A stretch of DNA of 64,000 nucleotides. Origin: Trichoplax adhaerens. Taxonomy: Eukaryota > Animalia > Placozoa. Shown here piece by piece: positions 52,294-64,000 of this stretch (within the stretch, counting starts at the first letter, position 1; each line of letters begins with the position of its first letter). The stretch spans positions 7,578,735 to 7,642,734 of the forward strand of contig NW_002060944.1 of assembly GCF_000150275.1 (NCBI RefSeq), read 5' to 3'. The position numbers and the translations under genes were made by a program. A model generated the notes under the pieces. The model searched no databases, was not told where the DNA came from, and saw only the letters and a list, made by a program, of their open reading frames with translations.

Positions 52294-54409
52294 AAATCAC
52301 TGAATCAATTAAGTAATATTACAATTCTATTGTAGTCTTAAATTGATCCAAAAATCATACCTGGTAGATCATATATTGTCTGCTGTATTTTAAAAATATT
52401 TCTTGATCGGTATGCCTCAGCGAGAGAATCTGCAAATACTAATTTGAACGATTTCAACTGAAAATTTTTAAAACATTAACGTGTACCGTCTTTTGCGTTC
52501 TTAACTTAAATCATACAAAGATATGCAATACTTCTATTGTATAGTGTAAAATCCAGATTTATATCGGAAACATAATCCATATTGTATTATTCAAATCCAC
52601 GGATGCTAATTAATTTTACATCTTCACTTTAGACAATGCTATCAATATTGTACGTGAATTGGTATTAAGCTCTACCTATTAAATTCTTTTAATATTCCAT
52701 AGTCTTTACTCCAGTCTTTTCGGAAGCTTGTCCATTAATGTGTATTAATACAGATTAGCAATAAACTTGTAGTAAAATTTTGACATATGTGTTTACGGTT
52801 ACAAGCTTAATAATTCAAAATATGTAACAAGAGTAATATTGATGGGATACTAAAAAAAAGAAAGGAGAATATTTACGTTAACTTTTTTTCTACACGTATT
52901 AAAATCAGTCGAATTTATAGTATATTCGATGTTAGAGAAGATGTAATAAAAACTAACTATATAAAGTAATGCTTAATTCAATACAGTAATGGTTTGCTTA
53001 TTTTATTGATAAACATACTAAGGATATACAGTATACCCGCAAATGTTACTCGCGAACTTACGTCTATGTCTAATCTATTACAAATTTTACAGCATCGTAC
53101 GTTGCAGTTCAAACATCTCGCAGGTTTATTTTAGTAACATGCTATTTGCATATACGTAAGTTATATGCAATATGCACTAATTTCACTTGCTTAGCTTATT
53201 ACACATGCTGGATAATTATTAAGTAGTACCAAATTCTAAATATTCCCTTGATATGTACGGTAAACACCTTCGGTAAGGATTTATAATATTGAACCAAATC
53301 TATGATACGCCAGTTTACTATTTCTCAGATAAGAGTACCGCAGTAACATTTTTGTGATAACGTTCACATGCCTTTTAGCCGAAGGTCTAACTCTAGCAGT
53401 AAACTACATATTGTGCTACAATACCAAGTACAAAGTTCAGCATCAATTAACTTGCAATTCCGATCAAACTTAATTAAGCTGTTTAATGTAGGTAAATTCA
53501 GGATAAATAGGACAGCAATAACAGTTCGCAGCATACAGTAGTGGATATGTGCGAGATTAATAGATAGATAGATGCAGCATTCAACCTTTACCAGCCTGTA
53601 CTAAATAGAGAATTGTCATTCTATAGGCTTATTTAATAGGTTGAAAAGCCATAATACAGTAATAAGTATCAAACAATTTCCAATTTTTTTAAGTCATTGC
53701 TCAAGAGTAATTTAAACAATAATAATTATTTATCCATCTACTCATACAGACTTCGCGTATAAATCTTAAAATACGTAAAAGAATGTACCAGTTGGCACAA
53801 ATCCTTTCTGGAATAGAGCATACGCTAGGGTTCGTATAGGATCAAATAATACAAAATAGGTATAGGAATATGACAAATGTAAATACTGTACAATAGGTAC
53901 TGAATTCTGACACTAGTTGTACGCGTAAATACTAAGACACAATTATGAGCAATCCAATATTTTGACATCGATCATGCAGCTAGTTAGCTTTATACTTAGT
54001 GCTGTAGCAGAATTTGTATTGTAAATATAAATGAAATTGTGATATTCTATTGACCTTGAGTCCATATATTATCAAATTTTTAAATTCTTAGCATCAAAAG
54101 CCATCCACCTTAGCACTACTGCAAGAACTAATCGTATCAACTCCAGCGAAGGGTTCAACATACACTAGTGACATCCTATTAATTCAAATAACAGTGGTAG
54201 AAAGCTACATGTAGACCTTGGGAACAAGTTTAGCTGAAAGTATGATACTTTTGAACGAAGATCTAACAGGTTCTTGCGGTAATTTCCTAGTTAAACCGTA
54301 ATCTCTTCTAAATTCTATCACATCATCTTTCATAAATTTTCTTAAAATGTTTTTTTAATCGGCTAACAAAGCTTTCCATCTTCTCGTATAAAAGGACGTA
54401 TCGGATCTT

Positions 54410-62713
<8,304 letters not shown>

Positions 62714-64000
62714 CTATACAGCAAAGGAAAGAGTAAACAGCAACATTAAGACAAATTCAATACATAAACAAATGCAAACTCTAGTTATTGCTGTAAATGG
62801 GTATCTCCCAATCAATCCGTTGCCCCCTACTGCTGAAAATTGATTTATCTGTTATGACGGAAATGCGATTTTAAATTAAATTCCATGTCAGCCAGTATTT
62901 TAAAATCAGAAATGAACAAGAACAGCCAAGATTTTCCCTTATCAACCAGTTTTCTACAATTGGATTAATTAGGTGTAATGACTACAGCGCTACTTAGCAC
63001 ATTTTAATTACGAAATCAGCAATTCGATGATAAAGTGTCGATGTTACGGGCCAGGATACAAATATGGGTATTGATGATATTATGGCGCAGACAGTACCTT
63101 TAAGCAAGAGTCTGACAAAGGTGTGTGAAACTGCCATGAATTAGCTTGGGCTGTGAGTCAAGGAGAAGTAAACTATGAAAATAAGGCATGCAGTTTTTCA
63201 ACACTACCATAAGAGTAAGTTTACATCGTAATAAGAATAGCACAGGCAATGCAATTTATTGTCATATCTGCCTTTCCTATTTCATTCAATTGGGTTAGGA
63301 AAGAACTTTCAGTTGTAGAGTCGGTCAGTGTTGGTGGTATAGTCGTATGTAGGGTTGATAAGGAAGCAAAAAAAACAACAGTTTGCAAAGTGTGTCTAGG
63401 ACCAGTATTTTGTTCTCATTCTTTCTACTACTGTACAGTATATTACCAAATTAATTTTATCTTGTTTGGTCTACATTCTACAATACGCTCCGAATTTAGT
63501 GCCAATACTTATACCATGCTAGTAGTAATGTAATAGAATTGAGGAAGTAGGCTAATTATTGAAGAAAAAAATACGAGAAGCAATAACAGAATCCAAAATC
63601 TCATCTTGATGGCGTAAGTGATCTACATGGATGTACAATTGGATTGAAATGTCTGCGTCATAAAAATTGTATCAACGCATACACATAAATTGTATATATT
63701 ATTGTAGTGTGGAGTTGATTTTAAAATCTATCCAGTCGTAGTCATTCTTAGCTTTATAGTGCTTGTTCACACACTCCATCCTCGACAACAAATACAGCCG
63801 TGACTAGCAAACTGCTTGTTATTCTATAATGGATTTGACTTTTTTGTCAATACAGGAAAGTACTTGTATGTCCCCCCCCAAAGTGGCTGGTGAATAGCCA
63901 TTTGAGAAATTACACCTGTAGTCGGGGATGAAATTTTCTGTCAAGCAAATGATCCTCCACTGAAATGTTACTCTTTCTCATGGAGAGAAAAGAAGAGAAT

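Overview
AT-rich (roughly one-third GC by eye), intron-dense eukaryotic DNA with many ~60-150 bp GT-AG introns and animal-type housekeeping genes. The style fits a placozoan such as Trichoplax (inference, not provable here). Reading exons by hand gives nine protein-coding loci: a GhrA-like D-2-hydroxyacid dehydrogenase (+), STARD3/MLN64 (-), a highly divergent Vav-like DH-PH RhoGEF built from tiny exons and essentially missed by the ORF track (-), a TSPAN13/31 tetraspanin with a probable U12-type intron (+), eRF3/GSPT (-), WIPI/ATG18 (+), CANT1 with an intronless CDS (-), RSL1D1 (+) and USP7 (-, first exon not located). Most short ORFs in the supplied track are spurious. The intergenic and 5' regions hold several unrelated tandem arrays with 105-350 bp units, a likely LINE RT relic and dense (TACWG)n clusters near gene starts. 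The most unusual feature is a modular tandem array at 22.84-24.59 kb. Its units each carry acceptor-like sequence + ATG + signal-peptide-like segment + QFHH-GR, and its optional 12 and 39 bp modules preserve the reading frame. The eRF3 terminal exon is out of frame at the expected donor and in frame only at a donor 5 nt away.
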